NCBI GenBank assembly: GCA_041910055.1
Contig: JAYRRP010000003.1
Span: 173,973 to 237,972 of the forward strand
DNA: 64,000 nucleotides
From: Candidatus Saccharimonadales bacterium
GTDB taxonomy: Bacteria; Patescibacteriota; Saccharimonadia; Saccharimonadales; JAYRRP01
Reading direction: 5' to 3'
Shown one piece after another: positions 10,261 through 19,032 of this stretch. A model generated the notes under the pieces. It did no database searches. It worked only from the letters and a program-made list of their open reading frames with translations, and was not told the DNA's origin. Every line of letters begins with the position of its first letter. Within the stretch, counting starts at the first letter, position 1. The position numbers and the translations under genes are program-made.

Positions 10261-11354
10261 TACACTGCATCCTTAAAAGCAGCTATGATAGTCTTTATAT
10301 CATCTTGAGTTACTTTGGGATGGATTGGAAGCGAGAGTACTTCCGCTGCCGCTAGTTCGGCATTTGGAAATTGACCAATTTTATAGCCATACTTAGCTAT
10401 ATGAGGAAAGAAGTGCAGTGGTTTAGGATAATAAACACCGCTAATGATTTCCCTTTCTCGTAAGAACTTAATTAGTTCATCGCGTGTCATAGAAAAGTTC
10501 TTTTTTATCCTGATTGTGTATTGATGAAAAACATGAGTGCGGTCAGATGCTAATTGTGGTAGTTCTATGCCTGGAATACCAACTAGGCCCTTGTTTAGGG
10601 TATTGGCATTTTTCTGGCGTGCCTCATTAAAATCGTCAACTTTTTTGATTTGTTCCAAAGCAATTGCTGCATGCAGGTCAGACATTCGATAGTTGTATCC
10701 AATATGCTCATATTGATACTGGGCGTTCATACCATGCTGACGAAACCGGCGAATAGCATCAGCTTGTTGCTGACTGTTAGTTGTTACCACACCTCCTTCG
10801 CCACTCATAATATTCTTGGTTGCATACAGCGAAAAGCAACCTAAATCTCCTAGATTACCGGCTTTCTTGTTACCGTATGTTGCGCCGATAGCTTGACAAG
10901 CATCTTCAATAATTCTTAGTTTACGCCGTTTTGCTATTGTTTGAATTTTTGTCATATCAGCTGGCTGGCCATACAAGTGAACAGGTAAAATAGCTCTCGT
11001 TTTGTTTGTAACAGCTTGTTCAATTTTAGTAGCATCAATGTTAAATGTATTCGATTCAACATCAACGAAGATTGGTTTCGCACCAAGCATCAAAATAGGA
11101 TTAACTGTTGCAATAAAGCTAAAAGGGGTCGTTATCACTTCATCACCAGGCTGAATGCCCGCTGCAAAGAGCGCACAGTGAATCGCAGCTGTACCGCTGT
11201 TTAAGGTCAGTGCATATTTTGTTCCACAATACTTCGCGAATGCTGCTTCAAGATCAACGACCTTGGGGCCTTGTGCTAACATGCCCGACGATAATACATC
11301 ATTGACAGCTTTTATTTCTTCTTCAGCAATAATTGGCTGAGCGATCCGAATCAT
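10260..11354 (-). CDS. DegT/DnrJ/EryC1/StrS-family PLP-dependent sugar aminotransferase
   Basis: The protein is 364 aa. The PLP-lysine context is FSLYATKNIMSGEGG, with family similarity across the full length. Confidence 0.9.
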   Translation of the reverse strand: MIRIAQPIIAEEEIKAVNDVLSSGMLAQGPKVVDLEAAFAKYCGTKYALTLNSGTAAIHCALFAAGIQPGDEVITTPFSFIATVNPILMLGAKPIFVDVESNTFNIDATKIEQAVTNKTRAILPVHLYGQPADMTKIQTIAKRRKLRIIEDACQAIGATYGNKKAGNLGDLGCFSLYATKNIMSGEGGVVTTNSQQQADAIRRFRQHGMNAQYQYEHIGYNYRMSDLHAAIALEQIKKVDDFNEARQKNANTLNKGLVGIPGIELPQLASDRTHVFHQYTIRIKKNFSMTRDELIKFLREREIISGVYYPKPLHFFPHIAKYGYKIGQFPNAELAAAEVLSLPIHPKVTQDDIKTIIAAFKDAV

Positions 11355-11433
11355 ACCTCTCCTGTATTTGATTTAAATATAGCAGTTACAGGGGAGACAC
11401 TCAAGCAACCAAAAGTGTAATATAATTGGCTGT

Positions 11434-13425
11434 ATGCGAAAAAAGTTGGGGGTACAGTATCTACGTCATTTAATGCTGTTATCAAAATCGGTGTGGCTTT
11501 TCCCCGCTTTATTGCTAATTGCACTTATCTGTTTAACCTTCCTGAAGATTAATGGTAGTTCTGTAGGGGTTAATCAAATTGTTTATGGTTCAGAAGGAAA
11601 AGATACAGATCTAATTTTCGGTGAACCACGTGGTGTCCGTTCTGATGAATGGTTAGTGGTAACACAAATGACAGTCGCCCAAGCCAATAACGGATTTAAA
11701 CGAGTCAATAATAATATCGGTAACGGCGAAGATATGTCGCTCATCGTTGATGTGCCTTATAAAGAATGGTCAGCCGCTTTCAAGCCACAAAATTTAGTGT
11801 TTTTTATCCTGCCACTTGAACAAGCCTTTGCATTGAAATGGTGGTTTTTACTTTTTCTGCTCATTTTAGCCTGTTACTTCTTTGTACTTGAGCTGTTTCC
11901 TAAAAAAATCGGGCGGGCTATTTTGGTATCTAGTTTGGTAGGCCTCTCTCCGTTTGTATTCTGGTGGTATCAAACGATTACGGTTCTGCCTTTGGCATAT
12001 AGTTTTTTGTTGTTGATATTCATTATGCGTCTTGTAAAAGCTACGTCTTTTAGAGCAAGATTGGGGTATTCTCTTGCAGCTACATACATATTAATTTGTT
12101 TTGGTCTGCTCCTTTACCCACCATTTCAGATTCCTTGCTTAATCGTCAGTGGAATATTCCTCATAGGTTGGATTCTTGATAATCAGTCTTCGCAAGTAAA
12201 GCTAAAAAACCTCTGGAAACTTTGGCCTTATATAACCATGATTTTACTTTTAGTCGGATTAGTAGGCGGATTATTCTACTACACACGCAAGAGTGTGATT
12301 AGCACCATTAATAATACTGTCTATCCGGGTACAAGGATAATCACAAGTGGAGGACCTACTCCTTTACTTTCTTTTTCTAGTTTCCTGTCTCCAAATCTAC
12401 AATATGACCAAAAGGCAGCTGTTGGATATCTAGGCAACCAAAGTGAAGCTTCTAACTTTATCTTTATGGCACCATTTTTGTTCTTGCCATCAATCTATGT
12501 GATTGTCCAACAAAAAAGGAAACACCACAAAATGTTATGGAGCCTTTTGCTCATTAATGCGTTACTGGCTTTCTTTTTAGCTAGAATGTACATTGCAACT
12601 CCCTCCTGGGTCGAGCCTATATATCGTGTATTTTTACTGCATAAAGTACCCAATACTCGCTTACTTATAGGTTTAGGATTTGCTGGTATTATTCAGCTTT
12701 TATTGTTCATGAGAGCTTTAGAAACCTCTGCACTTAAAAAGCGCGAGATTGGAGCCTTAGCAATAGTGGGAGGGCTTACCAGTATAACTACACTGCTATA
12801 CATAGGTATCTACACTATTCACCATTTCCCCATCTTTATATCAAGCTACCCAAAGGTCTTGTTATTCTCGTTATGGGTCACAGCTGGGGTGGTTCTCATT
12901 TTACTAAAACGATTTGGCCTTGGATTAAGTGTTCTGGTTCTATTTTCCTTGCTGTCTGTCTATAGGGTCAACCCTTTATATCACGGTCTCGCACCTCTCA
13001 CCAAAGCCAAAGCTATTACCACTATAAAATCTTACCCAAACAATGGTAATTGGGTAGTCCTGGATGATCGACTACTTATTAATTTTCCAGTAATTGCTGG
13101 TAAGCATTCTATTAACTCTGTCCAATTTTATCCTCAGCTAGATCTGTGGGCAAAACTTGATAAAAGTAAGCATTACCAAACCGTTTATAATCGATTTGCA
13201 CATATTGTATTTGTGACTGATCCGGAATTACATGAGCCTTTCTCTTTAAAATACGCAGATACTTTTTATGTAAAATTTGAGCCTTGTGGTGAATTCTTGC
13301 AGACTAACGCTAAGTATGTGCTTTCTGAGAAGCCACTCACTCAATCTTGTATGCAATTAGATAGGCTTATAGACTTAGAAAAACGTGACTTTTACATATA
13401 TAGACTAACTCCTGCCACCCCTTAG
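11434..13425 (+). CDS. Large polytopic membrane protein; possible GT-C-type (YfhO/ArnT-like) extracytoplasmic glycosyltransferase
   Basis: The protein is 663 aa with more than 10 hydrophobic segments followed by a ~150-aa soluble C-terminal domain. The functional call comes from context only (GtrA/GtrB-like pair nearby). Confidence 0.45.
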   Translation: MRKKLGVQYLRHLMLLSKSVWLFPALLLIALICLTFLKINGSSVGVNQIVYGSEGKDTDLIFGEPRGVRSDEWLVVTQMTVAQANNGFKRVNNNIGNGEDMSLIVDVPYKEWSAAFKPQNLVFFILPLEQAFALKWWFLLFLLILACYFFVLELFPKKIGRAILVSSLVGLSPFVFWWYQTITVLPLAYSFLLLIFIMRLVKATSFRARLGYSLAATYILICFGLLLYPPFQIPCLIVSGIFLIGWILDNQSSQVKLKNLWKLWPYITMILLLVGLVGGLFYYTRKSVISTINNTVYPGTRIITSGGPTPLLSFSSFLSPNLQYDQKAAVGYLGNQSEASNFIFMAPFLFLPSIYVIVQQKRKHHKMLWSLLLINALLAFFLARMYIATPSWVEPIYRVFLLHKVPNTRLLIGLGFAGIIQLLLFMRALETSALKKREIGALAIVGGLTSITTLLYIGIYTIHHFPIFISSYPKVLLFSLWVTAGVVLILLKRFGLGLSVLVLFSLLSVYRVNPLYHGLAPLTKAKAITTIKSYPNNGNWVVLDDRLLINFPVIAGKHSINSVQFYPQLDLWAKLDKSKHYQTVYNRFAHIVFVTDPELHEPFSLKYADTFYVKFEPCGEFLQTNAKYVLSEKPLTQSCMQLDRLIDLEKRDFYIYRLTPATP

Positions 13426-13503
13426 TCAGCTGAGGGAACTGATCTTGACTTTCAGCGGATGATATTTTAGAATGTAGGTACTGAATTTATAAAAATAAAT
13501 AGC

Positions 13504-14088
13504 ATGTATAAGAAAAGTGTTGGCACTCATAAGAAAAAAATGCTGACGCGAAAGCGCCTTGGTCTAATTGCAGTTACTCTTTTTTTGTTTGCGGCTATTC
13601 TTGCGGTACTTGACGTTGCTGGAGTTGTCAAGCTGCCCTTTATTCATAAAGCACCTCAAAAAACTTCTAGTAACGGTACCATTAACTACGGCCCCCCTAC
13701 CGAACAAGAAAAAAAGGAAACGGAAGAGTTTAAAGATCGACAAGGCACAAACTCCGGCACTACATCTCCCAGTACTCCAGGACAGAAGAAGTCAGTCGTC
13801 CCCGTTATAACTTCCTGGGGACAGGATCCAACTACAAAAATTGTTGACGCCAGTGGCTATGTAGCAGGGATCTATGAGGCTGGGGGTAACTGTACCTTAA
13901 CACTCGAGAAATCAGGTCAAAAAATAACTGAATCAAAAGAAGCGATAAAAGATGCACAAACTGTGAGTTGTGGTGTTATTAAAATTGACAGTGGTCGACT
14001 TAGTGCTGGAATATGGTCAGCCACACTGACCTATTCATCCAGCACCTCCCAAGGTACCTCACAAGCTGTTAATATAGAGGTGCAGTAA
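13504..14088 (+). CDS. N-terminally anchored or secreted hypothetical protein
   Basis: It has a basic N-terminus plus a hydrophobic helix (LGLIAVTLFLFAAILAVL), then an S/T/P-rich linker and a small C-terminal domain with two Cys. It lies immediately upstream of the secreted repeat protein. Confidence 0.5.
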   Translation: MYKKSVGTHKKKMLTRKRLGLIAVTLFLFAAILAVLDVAGVVKLPFIHKAPQKTSSNGTINYGPPTEQEKKETEEFKDRQGTNSGTTSPSTPGQKKSVVPVITSWGQDPTTKIVDASGYVAGIYEAGGNCTLTLEKSGQKITESKEAIKDAQTVSCGVIKIDSGRLSAGIWSATLTYSSSTSQGTSQAVNIEVQ

Positions 14089-14092
14089 GATT

Positions 14093-15829
14093 ATGTTTAG
14101 TAAAAAATGGGCTATACTTATCCTCCTTGTTGGCTTCTCGGCCTCTTTGTTTGCAGTCGCGATACCTAGCAAAGCAAAGGCTTTATCTGGCAGTGAGTTT
14201 CAAGCCGGTAGGATTATTGATGACTCAAAATTTTTTGCGGGTTCACCCATGTCAGTTGCCGACATCCAGAATTTCTTAAACGCAAAGGTACCCGTTTGTG
14301 ATACTTGGGGCACACAAATGCATTCCTCTGGACAGACAAGAGCTCAATATTCTGCCTCACACGGCGTTTCAACTCCATTCACATGCTTAAAAGATGCTCG
14401 CGACACAGTACCGGCTAAAAGTCCTGAAGCAGGCCTATGCAATGGTTTGCCGCCGGGCAGTGGCACAGCAGCAGAAATAATTTACTGGGTTGGCGTAAGC
14501 TGCGGCGTTAATCCACAGGTTTTAATTGTACTGCTTCAAAAGGAACAATCACTTATTACTGATGACTGGCCTTGGCCCATTCAGTATAGAAGCGCTACAG
14601 GTTATGGATGTCCTGATTCAGCACCTTGCGATACAGAATATTACGGCTTCTTTAATCAGGTATATAACGCAGCTCGTCAATTTAAGCGTTATGGTCGCGA
14701 TGCTGATTTATTTAATTACAGAGCTGGTCGAAATAACACCATTCTGTACAATCCAAATGCCGGATGTGGCAGCTCCGCAGTTTATATTCAAAATCAAGCC
14801 ACGGCTGGTCTATACAACTACACACCATATCAGCCTAATGCTGTAGCACTTAATAACCTTTACGGAACTGGAGATGGTTGTAGTTCTTATGGTAATCGGA
14901 ACTTTTGGCGCCTATTTAATGACTGGTTTGGTACAACATTCGGTCCGCCAGACTATTCATGTAAATTTGCTTCAAACGTTGGCGGCGCACCTTCTGGGGC
15001 TAAGGTCTTACCTAATCAACTAGTACCAAGCGGCAATATAAGTTTCTCTTTAACTTTCATGAACAATACTGGCTCAGCCTGTATGGAAGTTCATAATTGG
15101 GCATCTAATCTCCAGGGTTGGGTTTCAAATACCGCTACCAACCACCCCGCCTTTAATCCAGCAGATGGAGAAATAATATCAGGCAATCTTTACGGCGACG
15201 GTCGGTCAGAAATAATATTTGTGAAATATCGGAATACACAGAGTGGGCATATTGAAGTTCATGTCTGGGACTCTACCTATCAACGTTGGTTAAGTAATAC
15301 AGCCACAAACCATCCTGCAGTGGATCCCGCCGACAATAGAGTTATTACAGCCGACGTTAATGGTGACGGAATAGATGAACTACTTTTTGTTAAATATCGC
15401 AACAATGGGAGTGGGCACATAGAAGTACACACCTGGTATCCTGGACTACAGACTTGGTATAACAACATAGCCACAAACCATCCTGCAGTGGATCCCGCCG
15501 ACAATAGAGTTATTGGGGCAAATTTATATGGGGACAGCAAGGATGAGCTAGCATTGGTTAAATATCGCAACAATGGGAGTGGGCACATAGAAGTACACAC
15601 CTGGAATCCAGGACTACAGTCTTGGTATAACAACATAGCCACAAACCATCCTGCAGTGGATCCCGCCGACGCAGATGTGATAGCAGGAAATCTTTATGGT
15701 GGCAGCCCAGATGAGCTAAATCTTATTAAATACAGAACTACACAGAGTGGACGTATTGAAATACATACTTGGGCATCAGGTCAACAGTACTGGCTAAGCA
15801 ATATTGCAACCGGCTACCCTTCTATATAA
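14093..15829 (+). CDS. Secreted protein with a Cys-rich N-terminal domain (possibly lysozyme-like) plus FG-GAP/VCBS-like beta-propeller repeats
   Basis: The signal peptide is MFSKKWAILILLVGFSASLFAVAIPSKAKA. The N-terminal domain contains LLQKEQSL. The C-terminal half consists of 56-aa repeats containing DxNGDGxDE-like Ca-binding motifs (ADVNGDGIDELLFVKYRNNGSGHIEVHTW). Confidence 0.7.
   Translation: MFSKKWAILILLVGFSASLFAVAIPSKAKALSGSEFQAGRIIDDSKFFAGSPMSVADIQNFLNAKVPVCDTWGTQMHSSGQTRAQYSASHGVSTPFTCLKDARDTVPAKSPEAGLCNGLPPGSGTAAEIIYWVGVSCGVNPQVLIVLLQKEQSLITDDWPWPIQYRSATGYGCPDSAPCDTEYYGFFNQVYNAARQFKRYGRDADLFNYRAGRNNTILYNPNAGCGSSAVYIQNQATAGLYNYTPYQPNAVALNNLYGTGDGCSSYGNRNFWRLFNDWFGTTFGPPDYSCKFASNVGGAPSGAKVLPNQLVPSGNISFSLTFMNNTGSACMEVHNWASNLQGWVSNTATNHPAFNPADGEIISGNLYGDGRSEIIFVKYRNTQSGHIEVHVWDSTYQRWLSNTATNHPAVDPADNRVITADVNGDGIDELLFVKYRNNGSGHIEVHTWYPGLQTWYNNIATNHPAVDPADNRVIGANLYGDSKDELALVKYRNNGSGHIEVHTWNPGLQSWYNNIATNHPAVDPADADVIAGNLYGGSPDELNLIKYRTTQSGRIEIHTWASGQQYWLSNIATGYPSI
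15119..15826. repeat. In-frame tandem repeat with a 168-bp unit, about 4.2 copies
   Basis: Units begin at the TGG codons at 15119, 15287, 15455, 15623 and 15791. Units 2-4 share long identical stretches (for example acatagccacaaaccatcctgcagtggatcccgccgac and gttaaatatcgcaacaatgggagtgggcacatagaagtacacacctgg). Confidence 0.85.
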
Positions 15830-15851
15830 ATAATTCATTCACCGTCATTCT

Positions 15852-15860
15852 TGGTATAAT
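15852..15860 (+). promoter_or_regulatory. Putative extended -10 promoter (TGgTATAAT) for the downstream GT gene
   Basis: The motif ttGGTATAAT sits at 15852-15860, followed by a GAGAGG RBS at 15874-15879 and a TTG start at 15886. Confidence 0.35.
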
Positions 15861-15885
15861 TTGTTTATTGTATGAGAGGTTTAAC

Positions 15886-17205
15886 TTGAAAAAAAGAGTG
15901 CTCGTTCTATGTCATGATGTGGTGGGCGCCAAAATGTCTGGTTCGGGGATCAGATACTACAATATTGCTCAACAAATTAAAAAAATAGCAAACGTAAGCC
16001 TGGGTGTTTATTCAGAAGGTAAAGATCAAGTAATCCCTAAAGATGTGTTTCAAGTAAAAACAACAGGGGATGACTATAAGTCTTTGTTTGATCAGCACGA
16101 TATAATTTTTGCCCAATGGCTAAGTGGAGACATGCTTGCATATGCAAAATCCTCGGGCAAAATTGTCATCATTGATTTGTATGCTCCCGTTCCAGTCGAG
16201 TACTTAGCTAGCCTTGGTTTCGCAGCTCAAAAGGTAAACCCAGATAAAGATATAGAGTTTTCAGGCATTATAGAAACTTATTCGCAGTACTTAACTCTAG
16301 GTGACTATTTTGTTTGCTCAAACGATCGGCAACGTGACTATTGGCTGGGATTTATGACAGCAATTAAAGCCATAATGCCAACTAACTTTAATACTATTTC
16401 TAAAATGGAGCATTTCGCGCTATGTCCTATGGGTATCAGCTCTACTCCACCAACCAGAACTACGCTTCAACTACGCAAAAGAGCTGGTCTTGGTAAAGAT
16501 GACTTCGTGATGCTCTGGACTGGAGGAATCTGGGATTGGTTTGATGCACAGGTAGTCATCAGAGCAATAAAAAAACTTGATAATCCTCACATCAAGCTTG
16601 TCTTTTTAGGAACGCAACACCCCAACTCAAAAGTACCAGAAATGGACGAAAGTAAAGCTGCCCGTAAACTCTCTAAGAAGCTCGGGCTATTGGGGCAGTC
16701 TGTTTTTTTCCTCGACGGGTGGATAGATTATGAGAAACGAGCTAGCTATTTAATGGATGCCGACATTGCAATTTATGCTGATAAAGAATCTATAGAGACT
16801 AGATTCTCGCACCGTACCAGAGTACTCGATCACATATGGGTAGGGTTGCCAACTATTTGCAGCAAGGGCGACTACTTATCAGAAGTAATCAAGCAAAATA
16901 ACTTAGGGGATGTGGTAGATGATAGATCTTCAGACAGTTTTGCACGAGCCATTAACAAAGTATTTTCAAATCCTGAATTATTAGCAACAATGAAGAAAAA
17001 TATCGCACACGTTCGTCCTGAATTTACGTGGGATCAAGTTACCAAGGACCTGCTTGGGTTTATAGAAAAAAGTCATTCGAATACGGTATCTCACATAGCA
17101 ACCTCGCCGTCATCACTGCAACCAAAAAATCCGTCCTACAGTCAAAAAGTTAAACGTCGTGTTAAAAACTCCATTAAAGTGTTGCTAGGAAGAATCGATG
17201 TCTAA
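15886..17205 (+). CDS. GT-B fold glycosyltransferase (group 1 / GT4-like)
   Basis: The track ORF starts at 15769, which overlaps the previous gene. An in-frame TTG at 15886, preceded by GAGAGG, gives LKKRVLVLCHDVVGAKMSGSGIRYYN, a typical GT-B N-terminus. Confidence 0.7.
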   Translation: MKKRVLVLCHDVVGAKMSGSGIRYYNIAQQIKKIANVSLGVYSEGKDQVIPKDVFQVKTTGDDYKSLFDQHDIIFAQWLSGDMLAYAKSSGKIVIIDLYAPVPVEYLASLGFAAQKVNPDKDIEFSGIIETYSQYLTLGDYFVCSNDRQRDYWLGFMTAIKAIMPTNFNTISKMEHFALCPMGISSTPPTRTTLQLRKRAGLGKDDFVMLWTGGIWDWFDAQVVIRAIKKLDNPHIKLVFLGTQHPNSKVPEMDESKAARKLSKKLGLLGQSVFFLDGWIDYEKRASYLMDADIAIYADKESIETRFSHRTRVLDHIWVGLPTICSKGDYLSEVIKQNNLGDVVDDRSSDSFARAINKVFSNPELLATMKKNIAHVRPEFTWDQVTKDLLGFIEKSHSNTVSHIATSPSSLQPKNPSYSQKVKRRVKNSIKVLLGRIDV

Positions 17206-19006
17206 AGCTCCCCTCATCAGCTTTGTAGTGCTGAATTGGAATGGTCTTGAAGATACCAAACTATGCCTAGAATCATACAAGAAGCTCGTATACCCAAATA
17301 AGGAATTAATAATAGTAGATAATGGTTCGACTGATGGTTCGAAAGATTTCTTAGCCAAACTTAAAGATGTTAAGTTCATTGATCTACCTAAAAATACCGG
17401 ATTCACTGGTGGGCATATTGCAGGACGCGAGGTAGCAAAGGGTGAATACGTAGCACTGATAAATAATGATTTGGTACTAGATAAGCACTGGGCAACAAAC
17501 TGCTTAGCAACTTTTGAACGCCACCCAGACGCAGCCGTTGTTGGAGGGAAAGCATTTAAGTGGAACGATCAAAATCCAACTCACAATACCGATAACGATT
17601 TTTATAGCTATCAGGAAGTTGACCCTGAAACAGGCTACACTAGAACACTACTTGTTGGCGAAGAGGAATGTGTAGCTGACTCAATATCAGGTGCCGCTTT
17701 GTTGGTAAAACAATCCTGCCTAGAAAAAGTAGGCTACCTGGACAATGATTTTTTTGCTTATTACGAAGAGACTGACCTGATTGCACGACTCATGAGAGTA
17801 GGCCTAAAGGCATACTATAATCCTCAAGCTCACACCTGGCACAAGATAGCTGCGAGTACAAGTGAAGATTCAGATTTTTATCTCTACATGATGCATAGAA
17901 ATCGCTATTACTATGCTGTGAAGAATCTGGATGAGAAATATCTTAAACTTTTCTTGAAAAATTATAGACGAGAGGTTCGTGAGGCACGGTGGACTTATTG
18001 GTACAACCGAAATAATGGCGACGCCAAAAACCGTCTGAAAGCCTACCACTGGGTGCAGCAAAATAACAAAAAGATATACCAAGCTAGGGCGAAAGTACAA
18101 AAACTCGGTCACTCTTATACTGATCGCTTAAAGGCTGCTGAGCACAATGACGTGACGGTTATCATCCCTTGTTATAACTATGGTCAATATGTTGCGGAGG
18201 CAGTGCAATCTGCCCTAGATCAAACTGTATTGCCAAAAAAAATAATTGTCATTAATGACGGTTCCACTGATAATAGCAAAACGGTACTTAACACATTTAA
18301 AGATAATCCATTGGTCGAAGTTATGAATAAGCCAAACACTGGCGTAATTGATACAAAGAATCTAGGCATAACTTTGTCTAAGACATATTGGACAGTGTTT
18401 TTGGACGCTGATGATAAGTTATCCAAATCCTTTATAAAGAACACCTTGCATATGGCTAAGAACGGGGCGAAAGATATTGTTTATACAGATATGCGTCTGT
18501 TCGGTGCTGTAAATGACGTATTTAAATCAAAGGCATTTAGTACGCATACCTTACTTAAAACTAATTACATTAACAATTCAGCACTCATAAAAACTTCCTT
18601 GTTGAAACAAGTGGGTGGCTACAAAAAAGAAATGGATCATGGACTCGAAGACTGGGAGCTGTATATTACCCTTGTTGAGGCTGGTGCAAAACCACAATAC
18701 CTTCCCCTCGCTTTAGTGCAGTATCGACAGCACCAAGGAGCCATGAGCAGAAACACATCCGTGCTCACCAAGGAAAAAATATTAATAAAGCAAATCAAAC
18801 AACTACATCGTGGGTTTTACAAAAAGCATGGCTACTACAGAACAGTTACTTGGCATGGTATTAAGCTTATTGCTTATACGGTGCGGTATCCAGGCCTCAT
18901 ACTCGTCATTATAAAAGCAGTCCCAGCAGCCTTTAAACAGGCGCTGTCTCATATTTACGGCAAGGGCCTCGCGTACATTCAGAAGAAAATCGGCCTGCTT
19001 GACTGA
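17198..19006 (+). CDS. Bifunctional glycosyltransferase with two GT2 (GT-A) domains and a C-terminal hydrophobic segment
   Basis: Domain 1 reads ISFVVLNWNG...IIVDNGSTDGS. Domain 2 reads VTVIIPCYNYG...IIVINDGSTDNS...FLDADD. A hydrophobic helix lies near the C-terminus. Confidence 0.8.
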   Translation: MSKAPLISFVVLNWNGLEDTKLCLESYKKLVYPNKELIIVDNGSTDGSKDFLAKLKDVKFIDLPKNTGFTGGHIAGREVAKGEYVALINNDLVLDKHWATNCLATFERHPDAAVVGGKAFKWNDQNPTHNTDNDFYSYQEVDPETGYTRTLLVGEEECVADSISGAALLVKQSCLEKVGYLDNDFFAYYEETDLIARLMRVGLKAYYNPQAHTWHKIAASTSEDSDFYLYMMHRNRYYYAVKNLDEKYLKLFLKNYRREVREARWTYWYNRNNGDAKNRLKAYHWVQQNNKKIYQARAKVQKLGHSYTDRLKAAEHNDVTVIIPCYNYGQYVAEAVQSALDQTVLPKKIIVINDGSTDNSKTVLNTFKDNPLVEVMNKPNTGVIDTKNLGITLSKTYWTVFLDADDKLSKSFIKNTLHMAKNGAKDIVYTDMRLFGAVNDVFKSKAFSTHTLLKTNYINNSALIKTSLLKQVGGYKKEMDHGLEDWELYITLVEAGAKPQYLPLALVQYRQHQGAMSRNTSVLTKEKILIKQIKQLHRGFYKKHGYYRTVTWHGIKLIAYTVRYPGLILVIIKAVPAAFKQALSHIYGKGLAYIQKKIGLLD

Positions 19007-19032
19007 AATAATCGGTTTAATTTTGTAAGTAT

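Noticed and set aside
15280-15642. A 120-aa minus-strand ORF with an internal repeat
   Set aside because: Its repeat structure is simply the antisense image of the 168-bp coding tandem repeats of the 14093-15829 gene.
15119-15826. Whether the tandem repeats could be a CRISPR array
   Set aside because: The units are contiguous with no unique spacers. They are 168 bp long, in frame, and encode conserved protein blades. No cas genes are present in the window.
15769-15885. An N-terminal extension of the GT-B glycosyltransferase ORF that overlaps the previous gene
   Set aside because: The extension overlaps the 3' end of the upstream gene and contains a promoter-like TGgTATAAT. A GAGAGG RBS plus an in-frame TTG at 15886 gives a typical GT-B N-terminus.
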